Positions 12,501 through 25,200 of a DNA stretch of 64,000 nucleotides are shown here, in pieces; position 1 is the first letter of the stretch, and each line of letters begins with the position of its first letter. Location: positions 55,118,001 to 55,182,000 of the forward strand of contig OX597822.1 in assembly GCA_951406725.2 (NCBI GenBank), read 5' to 3'. A program made the translations under genes and the position numbers. The notes below the pieces were generated by a model that was not told the DNA's origin, did no database searches, and saw nothing but the letters and a program-made list of their open reading frames with translations. This DNA is from Octopus vulgaris. Its lineage: Eukaryota.

Positions 12501-15500
12501 AAAGGTTCACCAGCATATCTACTCTTCAATGATAAATGGAGGGCAACTCATTGATTAAGCTCAGAAGCTGTTAGGTGATGAGGGGGTCCACTAACCAGCC
12601 TTAAACAATTTTCTTTGTTCATAAAATGGCTTTATGATCTAACTGTAGCTATCTTGAACTGTCTGATGTGGGTCTGCACTAAGCTCATTTTTAAATGGTA
12701 AGATTGCTACAAATTTAACCACTATGGTATGAAGTAATATATGAAGAATGAAAAGAACATTACATTGTAAAAATTTAATGTTTATTTTACTGTAAGTATT
12801 GAGAAAGTACCCTCAGTGTGTGTCAAAAATGTGACAGGATTTTTTCCGCTCGTTATTATTTTTTTTTTTTTCAGGATATTGGAGAGGATTTATAGAAAAA
12901 CAGGTGGCCAAAGGTGGAAATGGACAGATATACAAGCTGTGTACGGAGTGCACCATGGCTATTGACAGTGGAATGTTTGATGTGGCACTTAAGGTAATTT
13001 GCTATTGTAATTTATTGAGCTTGTTAACCTTTTGGGTTCTTGGAGTGGATGTATTAAGTGTTTATTATAGGTTTCTCTGAGTTTTGACCAGTCAAATCAC
13101 AAACTTTTGTAGGATAATTCTGTTTTGGCCAGGTTTTGTCTGATTTTGACTAGGCCTCCCAGTTTAATCTAATCTTGACAGGGCCTTCCTGACTAGTTTG
13201 GTCTTGACAGACCTTTGCAGACTGGTGTGATCTTCACAAATCTGCCTTCATGTCCCAACCTCATCCCAAACAGGAAAGACCTTTAACAGGACCTTCCACA
13301 TTAGCATAATCTTCATGAACCTTTTCAGGTTGATATGACTGATACATTTGATGCCCAGGAAAAACATGAATGGAAAGAAAACTCAGAATTGATGTTATGC
13401 CGAGAAAAGATTAGAAAAAAATGAATTTACTCTGTGATAATCACCATTGTTTTGACATCTACTTTTTCATGCTTGCCTGGGTTGAATGGAATTGGTGGAA
13501 ACATTTTATATGGCAGAGTACCCTTGTTGCTAACCTTCACCTGTTTCCAAGCAAGGTGATATTTCCCCAATGTCCAGACATGTTTTTACAGAATATTGGA
13601 AATGAAGGATGCTGCCTGTATGACCATGACACATATCTACAACTATTACACAAGGAAACCCAAATATATAACACATGTGCACACATATATATATAAATAA
13701 TATATATATATATATACACACATATATATAAATAATATATATATATACACACACATATATATATAATATATATACACACACACACATATATATATACACA
13801 CACACACACACACATGCATATATATATATACATACATACATACATATATATAATACAAATAAGAAAATGGAGAAACAAATTTAGTTTGTTCATCAACTTT
13901 TGGATATTAGATTATTTATTCATTTATAACAAAATGAGAACCTTAATAGCATACATATATATCTTATAATTCAATACATATAAGACAAGAATACAAATTA
14001 TAAAAATCATAATATGAATTATTGAAATCATTAAAATTACTTCTTACAGCTGTTTCAGCCTATGGCTAAAAGTAGTTAATTTTATTTTTATTGCCTATAG
14101 TTGTCAACATAATGAGGTTGTAGGCATTTAAAAATAGGGTACTTATATATATAACCATAGGCCTCATCAGAGGTTATAAGGAACTTTAAAAATATTAATA
14201 GTAATACATTAAACATGATACACGTATTATTTAATATATATAAAAAAAGATGAACAAATATCCATAAATACATATACATATATACACATATACATACATA
14301 AGCAGAGTGTATATACTTTTACATGTGTAAAATACATAAACACAATTAAACAATAGGTCCAAGTAGATATACCATACGTCATTTACATATATTGGAACAT
14401 ATAAAGACGTCTATGCTTATGACCAGATAAATAATTATCAATATTATTATTATTATTATGTTTATCAATAACAAGATTATAATGCGTCTAAGCCTATGAC
14501 CAGATAAATAACAATCAATTATTAATAATGATACTATTATTATTATTATCAATAATAACAATATTATTATATTTATAGTAATCCTCACTTGACAATACAT
14601 ATTATAATAGATTCAAACATATCAAAATATTACGATACAAGATAAACAATCAACAATCCATACAAATATATATATATATATATATACATACATATATATG
14701 TATACAAATATACATGCATATAAACATATACATATGCAGATACATATTTACATATTACCCCATCCATACACATACTCAGCTACACACATATATATGATGG
14801 CTGCCCCCTCGTTATCGAGTATGGCCATTGCAAGATGGTTATTTATTGTTTCTTTGTGTATATGAAAAACCATTGTTAATGGGCAAAAATCTTAATACTC
14901 TTTATTTTTTTTTCTTTCTTTTTTCATCCCTGTTCTTATTTTTAGAATGAAGTAAATGCCTGAATTTATCTGTCTCTGTCACTAAACTTTTAAACTAATG
15001 GCATTTTTATAGGTAATGAAATTTAGCAATTTTTGGGAGTTCTACATTTGCAATGAAATTCAGGAACGGCTGAAGAAATTCCCAAAGGCTTCAAAAATGG
15101 TAATTAGTTTTCATTTAATGTTCTTTATTTTCAAATGGTGATTATGAATTTTTTTACTTGTTTCAGTCATTCAACTGCAGCCATGCTGGAACACTGCCTT
15201 TAGTTGAAAAAATTGACCCCAGGACTTATTCAAAGCCTAGTACTTATTCTATCAGTCTCTTTTGCCGACACACACACACACATAAATATTTACATATATA
15301 TATATATGATGGGCTTCTTTCAGTTTCCATCTACCAAATCCACTTACAAGGCTTTGGTTGGCCTGAGGCTACAGTAGAAGACACTTGCCCAAGGTGCTAC
15401 ACAGTGGGACTGAACCCAGAACCATGTGTTTGGGAAACAAGCTTCTTACCACACACCCACGCCTAGAAATATTTCATTACTAATTTCTCATTTTGCTATG

Positions 15501-18500
15501 ATGTCCATGGGTGTACATGATCTCATGATGAGTGACAATATTTACTAACTTTGGCATATAGAAATGAATGTAAAATAGCATCCAGACTTTTTATTTGGTC
15601 TGTAGAAGTGTATAGGAATTGAATAATTCAGGTAGTGAGATTAGTGTTATCTGGCATGCTAATGATTCTGCCAGCTCACTTCCTTAATAATAATAATTCT
15701 TTCTGATATAGGCACATCATCATCATCATCATCGTTTAACGTCCGTTTTCCATGCTAGCATGGGTTGGACGGCTCAATTGGGGTCTGGGAAGCCAGAAGG
15801 CTGCGCCAGGCCCAGTCTGATCTGGCAGTGTTTCTACAGCTGGATGCCCTTCCTAACGCCAACTACTCTGTGAGTGTAGTGGGTGCCAGACGAGGCTGGC
15901 AAACGGACACGATCGGATGGTGCGAAATTTGGGGATGCTGATAATCGATTACATCAACCCCAATAGTCAATGGGTACTTATTTTATTAACATCTGAAACA
16001 GGGGTGGGGAAACTTTTTAGTGCAGTGGGCAAAAATTTCCAAAGAAAATCCGCGAGCGGATCACAAGTTCTAACTCTTATATCTGTGTAAATCTTGTATA
16101 TATCTATGTATAATTCAAGACACATTAAGTTGAGGACATTAAATTAGCGTATAACAATTTTCATTAATGCCATCACTGAATTTAGGACGTTTATATTACA
16201 TATGAGGTATTCTATATTTTTTAGCTAGAGTGTAGTTGGGTCTCAAGTGAGTGGTACAAATTTAGCAATATGTCATTTTATAGTGAAAACAAAATTTCCA
16301 CTCAAAAGGCAATTACCGGATGATTTTCTGTTGGGCAAATCGTTTTAAGTCATAGTGGAAACGCGACTTATTGTCGCAAATAGGCATATGAATATTGTAT
16401 AAAGTTTTTGACCACAGCGGAATTTGAACTTGGAAAATTAAGAATTATGTAAATACCAACTTCACTACTTGAATTAACATATTTAATGCATAGACATTCA
16501 AAAACCAACTGAAAATAATTGTGCTTAACAGATCTTTTGGTTCCTGGGCAACCGACCTTGCAGTTTGGTTAGTGTTACCAATTTTGAAGTATATAACAAT
16601 AAGAATCTATGTATGTGTTGCAAGAAAAAAAAACTATATTTATCAATGACAGTACTTTTTCCATTTTCTGGCAAATATGGGAGGCAACTCATGCTTTGGT
16701 CCGACTTTTACCTCCTCACTAACTTTTTTCTTGTACCTGCCTAGAAAATTTACAGAAAAATAAAAATAAATCATAAATTAGTCATATTGGCCATATAGTT
16801 TTTATAGGCGCAGGATTGGCTTTGTGGTAAGTAGGTTGCTTACCAATCACATGGTTCCGGGTTTAGTCCCACTGCATGGCACAAGTGTCTTCTGCTACAG
16901 CCTTGGGCCGACCAAAGCCTTGTGAATGGATTTGGTAGATGGAAACTGAAAGAAGCCCGTCGTATATATATGTGTATATGTTTGTATGTCTGATTGTCCC
17001 CCTCCCCACCACTATCGCTTGACAACTAATGTTGGTGTGTTTATGTGCCTCTAAGTTATCGGTTTTGCAAAAGAGACTAATAGAATAAATGCCGGGGTTG
17101 ATTTGTTAGACTAAAAAGGCGGTGCTCCAGCATGGCTGCTGTCAAATGGCTGGAACAAATAAAAGAATTGATTAATCTTATTGTTTATTCATTTGTTGTT
17201 TGTTGATGAACACTTTATGCTTTGTAATAATCAGCATCATTTCAGCTCAGCTTTTCATGTTGGAATGGGTTGGATGGTTCAATAAGATTCAATTAGAGCA
17301 GTGTTTCTCAATCATTTTTTGCCTATGAAACCCTTTGATTCCTATTTTACTTGAGTAGACCCTCATAACCATTTGATGTTTAAGAAATCCCCATTATGTT
17401 TTTATAATTAATTCTTAGCATCATAAACCGTTCCAATCTGTGGTAGACACTCGTTCATGAACTGCTTGAAAATGAGCCTCATCACTAGGCACTCAAACAA
17501 GTTACACAGGATATGACCTGTAACAGTTCAAGGTCATGTATGCACACATAAAGGCTTTGAAAAAATTATTACATTCTAAACATGTTTTTAGTCTCTTTTG
17601 CCAAATCCTTCTATGAACAGGGAGTTAAAACAAAGAATTCTACATAAGAGTAAGAGTTAAATATTATTATGGACTGTATTAAAAATTTTAAATATTTTCT
17701 GTATTGTAGAAGTACAACCAACATATTGCAGATAAATTTTAACAACAGAATCTTATATGGACCCCAGTTGAGAACCACTGCTCTTGGGCCTCAGTTTTGG
17801 CATGGTTTCTATGGCTGGGTGCCTTTCCTAATGCAACCACTTGATGGAGTGCATTGGTTACTTTTTTTCTCATGAAACCAGCATTAAGAGGTTGTCATGT
17901 AACTTGCAAGGCTGAAGAACCTTGTCAACTTAATGGAAGTAAAGGACTGTAGCTTTGTGCAAGCTAACAAGCAGTTAAAGCATGAATGGAGACCAAGATT
18001 AACTATAAAATGAAGATCTTAGACCGCATAAAAATAAAAATGATATTGTCCAACTTACTAAATCATTGATGTGGAATTGGGCTTTACATACCCAAACTCA
18101 AAGTAGTAACACTTGGTATAAAAGTTAATAAACTGGGTGCAAAAGAAATAAAGTTTGACAGTAAATAAGATGGAGAGATGAATAGGAATAATTTAACAAA
18201 ATGATAGATTAAAAACTCCTCACAGAAATACAGCCATGCTGAGATACTGCAGTAAAGAATTTTAGTCAAATGAATCGACCCTAGTACTTTCTTTTTCTTT
18301 TTTTTTTCTTTCTTTTCTTAAGCTTAGTACTTATTTTATTGTTCTCTTTCACTGAACCACTAAATTGTTATGGGTCATAAACTCACCAACATCAGTTGTT
18401 AAGTGGTGGAGGAGGACAAACACATGCACACACAGAAACATATACAACAGGCTTCTTTCAGTTTCCACCGACCAAATCTACTCACAGGGCTTTGGTTGGC

Positions 18501-19161
18501 CCAAAACTATTTTAGAAGACTTGCTCATGGTACCATGCAGTGGGACTGAACTGGGGACCATGTGGTTGTGAAGCAAGCCTTTTACCACACATTGTTGTTG
18601 ACCAAATTATCTCAATTCCCTTCCTTGCTATGTTAAAGCTATTTAATGATGCCATCCTGCTGAAATGAAGTTTTTGCTTAAGAACATGATGCATCTCCTA
18701 CTACAGGTATCAAAACCAAAATCTTGCCATTGTGAGTGCAATGTCCTAACCACTAAGCTATGTACCTTCACACATACACATCTTTTGTTAAAGAGGTTTT
18801 TAGACTTGTGAGCCATACGGTGACCTCACTAGAGTTGGTGCCATAAAAAAAGCATCCAATGCATTCAGTAAAGTGATTGGCATTAGGAAGTGAATCCAGC
18901 TATAGACATTAGAGCATGGTGCACTCCTTCGACTTGTTAGATCCTGTCAAACTGTCTAACCCATGCCAGCATGAAAGATAGATGTTAAAAGAATGACAAT
19001 GGTGATAGATCTAAAACAAAAAAAAGATTAAATTTTAAGAATATTATGATAATGGATATCATTCTTTTGAACCATGCATATATATATGTGTGTGTCTTGC
19101 CAGCTCTGGTCAAACTGTCTAACCCATACCAGCATGGACAATGGACATATGATGATGTGTA

Positions 19162-19222
<61 letters not shown>

Positions 19223-22200
19223 TTCAGATGTATAGAAAACAAAAAACAGATGGGTGAGAGAACAAGCGGGTGTATTAGTTTGATACCTGAGTAAAATGGG
19301 AAAGTCTTTGGCAGAAAAGGATGAGAGGGGAAAGTGTCGGGATTAATGGTTCCACATGTTGGAATAAACATGCGCGCGCACACACACACACACACACACA
19401 CAAGCCTTTACCTAGTTGTACGTGAGTCTTGAATTTGTGTATTTCTTCTATTATCAGTCTTCCTGTTATCCAGTCATCAAAGATGCCTACTTATACAACA
19501 ACGGCAGCATTTTAATAACTCCCTTTTACAAGCATGGGACATTGTTGGTATGTATAAAGTTGATTTATTTGAAAATATCTGGTTTATTTCTCTCTGTGTG
19601 TTGTTGTTGCTTTATCACTCCAGAACAGCCCTATGACCAAATGTATTTCAGCTATGACCATTCTTTTTTTAAGACAGTCGACTATGATTTAGGTGAAATT
19701 TGGCTGTTATTTCTCAGGTTATGCAACTGCACCAAAGTGCTTGTTCATGTGAAAATGTAGGAAACACATGGCTCATATGTATCATTTGATTTGGTTTCTG
19801 TAGCTTGATTCCCTTTCTATTATCAATTATTTTACCAGTGTGTTGAGTGTTTACTTTTTTCTTTTTATGACAACAATACTAGAGTACTCAGTGACCATAG
19901 GCATATGGTCCGGGGAAAGGAATAGGACAGCAAACAATGATAGGAGAAAAGCCAGAAATGGGTTGTTGAGGGTTGGGAGTGTGCAAATCAGAGTGTAAGT
20001 ACAAAGAGTACTCAATAGCCTTAGGGGGTGTACATTTACCTAGGAGACTTAGGAGGGAGACAGGGGAGAGAGAAAAAGTAAGATATTAGAAGGGTTAAAA
20101 TTAGAATAGTGGTGGGTGGGGGTGGAAGTCAGATTTGTGGTGCTCTACCTAGATGCTTGATCAATCAGAGATAGCAGACAAAATTCTCAGATTCTGTAGA
20201 TTCTTTCGAAAAGATCACATTGAACAATATAGTTATAGGGATACAGTGTTTGAAAAAAAAAAAAAAAGAAAAAGGGAAAATGATTGGTTGGTCAAGCCTG
20301 GAATGTCTTTGATCATGAGTCTGCTGGATTAGGGTTGAGGTAGTGCTAAACAACAACTACGACTGCAAGAGGTGCCACCACCATTATTATTATTATCTCC
20401 ACAATGACCATTATTATCTCTACCACTTTTCATTTGTTCTTCAGTGAAAACCAAATAGAATAAACTGTCTCTCCTTTTCTTACATGTAGGATTTTGTAAA
20501 CAAGATACAAGCAGAATTGAGCAACAGCAGTACTTGTGAGGCATTGGCTGTTTACTTTCTAATTGAATTGTTAACTATTGTTGATCATCTACACAAGTGT
20601 AAAATAATACATGGAGACATCAAACCAGACAACATTGTCATCAAACTCGGGTATGGCATTTATTTGATCTTTGTGCTAGAAACAATCATCAAGTGCACAT
20701 TAGGTTATAATTTTGATATAATTAATTGGAGCTAAGAGCATCTAAGTTCAACTTTGAGTGGCGCTAAATGACATTCTACAAATAAGTCCCTTGTCTCTAG
20801 GTAGGAGTGCCCAGTTTGTTGAGTTTTGCTCAACATCTCTTCACAGAATACCTCCGGGTTTAAATAATGTTGTATGATGGCCACCATATAAGGAGTAAAC
20901 AATACTTTTCCTTCCTTTGCTTGCGAAGACCTGTTGGGGCAAGTGAAATCGAAATCGGAATCGAAATTGAACCAATCCTATGACTGGCACCCGGCAGATG
21001 CCAGGACCCCTGGACTGGAGATACGTAAAAAACACTATCTGAATCATGGCCAATGCCAGCGCCGCCTCGACTGGCTTCCGTGTCGGTGGCACGTAAAAAG
21101 CACCATCCGAATTGTGGCCGAAGCCAGTGCCGCCTCGACTGGCTTCTGTGCAGGTGGCACGTAAAATGCAACAATCCGACTGTGGCTGATGCCAGCCTCG
21201 CCTGGCACCAGTGCAGGTGGCACGTAAAAAGCACCCACTACACTCATGGAGTGGTTGGCGTTAGGAAGGGCATCCAGCTGTAGAAATTTTGCCAGATAAG
21301 ACCGGAGCCTGGTGCAGCCTTCTGGCTTCTCAGATCCCCGGTCGAACCGTCCAACCCATGCTAGCATGGAGAACGGACGTTAAACGATGATGATGATGAT
21401 TCATTCATCTACCTTATATATAGGCTATATGTATTATATATTTTCTTTAGGTCATGTTAGCATTTATCAGATATCAGGCTGTAGATTTAGTATCTTGACT
21501 GTGGTGTTATTGGTGTTGAGTACTTTAACTGCACTTGAGCTGGCTCATGGTTGGAGCTGTGTTGCCCTGTAGATGTAGCACAGCAATAGAAGAGACAAGT
21601 CTGTAGTTTTGTCTCATCTAGGTCTCTGCAATACACCCTGACATGAAAAGTCTCTTTGTCTGTGGATATAATATATAAGTTCCAGTATTTAGTTGAATAT
21701 AGATAGGTGTATGGAGCCTGCAACCTGGAATACAATGGTGCAAAATAGGTAACTGTAGTTCTTCTGGATAATGATTTCAAATTATGGAAATTCATTCCTC
21801 TCAGGAGTGAATGGTAGGTTTTGTAAATGTATGGTTATTTTTAAAAACAAATATATTTATATAAGATTAACTTCCAATTTTCAAAGATGCAGAAAGTAGA
21901 ATTGCCACATGGAACATTTGTTATAACGAATTGGATTGTTCAAGCTTAATAGCTATAATTAAGAATTATACAGTTATAGTATTTCATTTATTTATTTATT
22001 TTTTCCAGTTTAAAAAAAAAAAAAAAATTTCCTAACACTGAAATCTTCCATGCAGATATTATTAATGTCATTCTGTTTCTTTCAACTAAAAAGGAAGAAA
22101 ATATCATCTGATCTGAAGGTTCCGATGCTATTGACATTAATTGACTTTGGTGAAGCAATTGACATGTCTACTTACCCAGACGGAACTCTGTTTCAGGGCA

Positions 22201-25200
22201 AAGTTTTGACTTCTGGCTTTCAATGTATTGAAATGAAAACTGACAGACCTTGGTCTTATCAGGTGAATATTTTCATTTGTTTTGATTATTAAGTACTTGC
22301 ATTTATTTTCATTTCCTTTGACTTTGTTGGTTTCTGTACTATCATATCACAGAGGCTATGTGCTAAGAATGTTATGAGTTAAAGCTATATGGCAGTGATT
22401 GTATTGCACACTTGCATAAAACAAAAAATTCTACTTTCCTCAATCTGTTTGGTTGACAACCAGGCTCTACATTGAATTTCATGGTTGAGTGGTTTTGAGT
22501 GGAAATATTTTCTACTTAAAAAACAGTTCTATCAAGATGTAACTGTCCAAATATACCAAATTCAGCCTTTTTTTTATGCTTAGTAATGAGGGGAGCAGTA
22601 TCTGTACCCCATTTTATTCCTGAAACGGATGGGAGGGTGGAAGTTGTCCTCCAAATGTGACCTGATCTGAATGCTTGCAGTAGAATGGGCTTTTCTGCTA
22701 AAAGCACTGAAAGGTAAGGTACTGGTATTGAACAAAGTGACAATAAATTTATCCCCCAGTTAGCTGAAGTTGAAATTTGAACCCAGAATGCTAAGAGCTG
22801 GAATGCCACCTGGCAATTCAAGCAATTCCACAGCTTTGGATTAGTATTGACCTCACAAAGACAAAAGGCAAAGTGACTTTGGTAAGATTTGAAATCATAG
22901 TGCAAGGTGCCAGAAAAGATACCTGTTGATATCTTGTCTGATACACCACTGACTATCATTTTCCCACTGAAATTATCATCATTTAATATCCATTCCCACA
23001 CTGGCATGGGTTGGATGGTTTGACAGGAGCTGGTAAGGCCAGGGGCCAAACCAAGCTCCATTTTCTGTTCTGACATGATTTCTACAACTGGATACCCTTC
23101 CTAACACCAATCAATTTACAATGTGTACTGGGTGCTATTTTATGTGATACCTGCACTAGTATTTTTCACAAATGTTTATAAATCAGGGTGGAAGTGTGGA
23201 GTATTCTAAGTTGTTGGAACAGTTTGAGTCAATGGTGCCATGTTACAATCACAATTATCTAATCTTTTGCCGCAGTATTTAGATTTCAAATTCCAGGGGA
23301 ATATAGGTTTCCATTCTTCCTACACACACACACACACATCTAAATGACAGGCTTTTTTTTTTCTGTTTCCGTTGACCAAATCCACTCACTTGGTCTGCCC
23401 AGGCTCTAGTACAAGACACTTGCCCAAGGTAGAATGCAATCAGATTGAACCTGGAATCATGTGGTTGGGAAGCAAACATTTGACCACACAGCCACATCTG
23501 CGCCTGTATTTTTGTTTCTATTTATTTTTTAGGGAGATTGTTTGCATGGCATACAATTGCAATTAAGATAAAATATTTTTATGAGTAAAATGATGGGGGG
23601 GGGGGGGTTGTTAATGAAGGGATAATTATTGTAATATTATTTAAATATATTGAAAATGAAGTAATAACCTGTAATATGCTGGTGGTGGCTAGTGTCAAGA
23701 ATCCAGTGGAAGATTTTCTTGTTGCTACAATTCAATCACTTGACTAACATGAATTCTGTTTTCTTTTCTTTTCTTTTCTTCTCTTTTCTAACTTTGCAGA
23801 CTGATATGTTTGGCATTCTTGGAACGATACACACTGTTCTCTTTGGCAAATACATGAATGTTTTCTATTCTCAAGGAAAATGGCTGCTCACCTCCAACTT
23901 TCAGCGGTAAATAAATCTTGAATGTTTCTGTCATTAAGTTGTAAATGCATCCTGTCCTCGATTTAGTTGTTGTTGTTGTTGCTGAGACCTAGCTACATGC
24001 TGATCAAGGTTACTATGAACAGAGATATTCCATTCTGTCTATTTATTCAGACATAATATATCTTGTACTACCTTATCCAATGTTTTTCGACACGTAGTAG
24101 GATAATGGGATCTTTACCTTTTGACTTACAGATTAAACACTTTCAAACTTCGGACACTGGTAGAATGTGTCATATAAAACATCTTTTACTCTTAGCATTT
24201 TTGAGAAAAACGTATATTTACGAAGTTATTTCACCTTAAAGTTGCCCTGTTTCGGTAATTTCAACCAATCAATGACATATATTCAGCTGAATAAAATTAC
24301 TGCTGTTGTTTGTCAACAAGAACTTCCGGTGGTGTATATTTTGTTTGTCACTGTTATTTATGACAACCCTAACCCTAAAACCTTAAAACTAGTACAAACA
24401 CATGAACAATGCCATAAATAACAGTGACAAATGAAAAATACACCGCCGATAGTTGTTGACAAACAACGGCAGTAATTTTATTCAGCTGAATACACTTCAT
24501 TGATTGGTTGAAATTACCGAAATACAAGAACTTTAATGTGAAATAACTTCATGAATATAAGTTTTTCTCAAAAATGCTAAGAGTAAAAGATGTTTTATAT
24601 GACACATTCTACCAGTGTCCGAAGTTTGAAAGTGTTTAGTTACAAAAAATTTTATTTTAAAGATGTAGGTCAAAAGGTAAAGATCTGGATAATGATTTGA
24701 GGTTGATATAGCTACTATTTCTAGAAGCCTTAACAACCATGTAAAGATTCCCTTGGCTCATTTTTATCAGCATTCAGTCAGTTGACTGCAGCTTTGTACT
24801 CTGAAATGAAATGTTAACACTGAGATTGAATAGAAATACCAAAAAGTAATTTTAGTTGATACAAACATTTACATTTGACAGTCTTCTACACAGTTTGAAT
24901 CAACCAAATTTGTTATGACTGTCTGTCTGACTGATAAAAATAAAATGTTCCAGTGATGAACTGAGGTTGGTTAATTGGTTATATGCTCCCTCAGCATTTA
25001 CTGCTATGTGCCCAAACTCACATATCACAATTAGTTTTCTACAGTAAAAATATTCTGTATTATGTATATTATAGTATTATAATGCTGATGAGTTAATTAT
25101 TATTATTTTTATTTTTATTTTCTAGGAAATGGAATATTCCATTATGGAAACAGCTTTTCCATGACTTGCTCAATATTCCATCAGCAGACCAATTACCAAA

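Noticed and set aside
20980-21240. Regularly spaced repeats resembling a CRISPR array
   Set aside because: The intervening sequences are homologous to each other, the context is a eukaryotic SINE, and there are no cas genes
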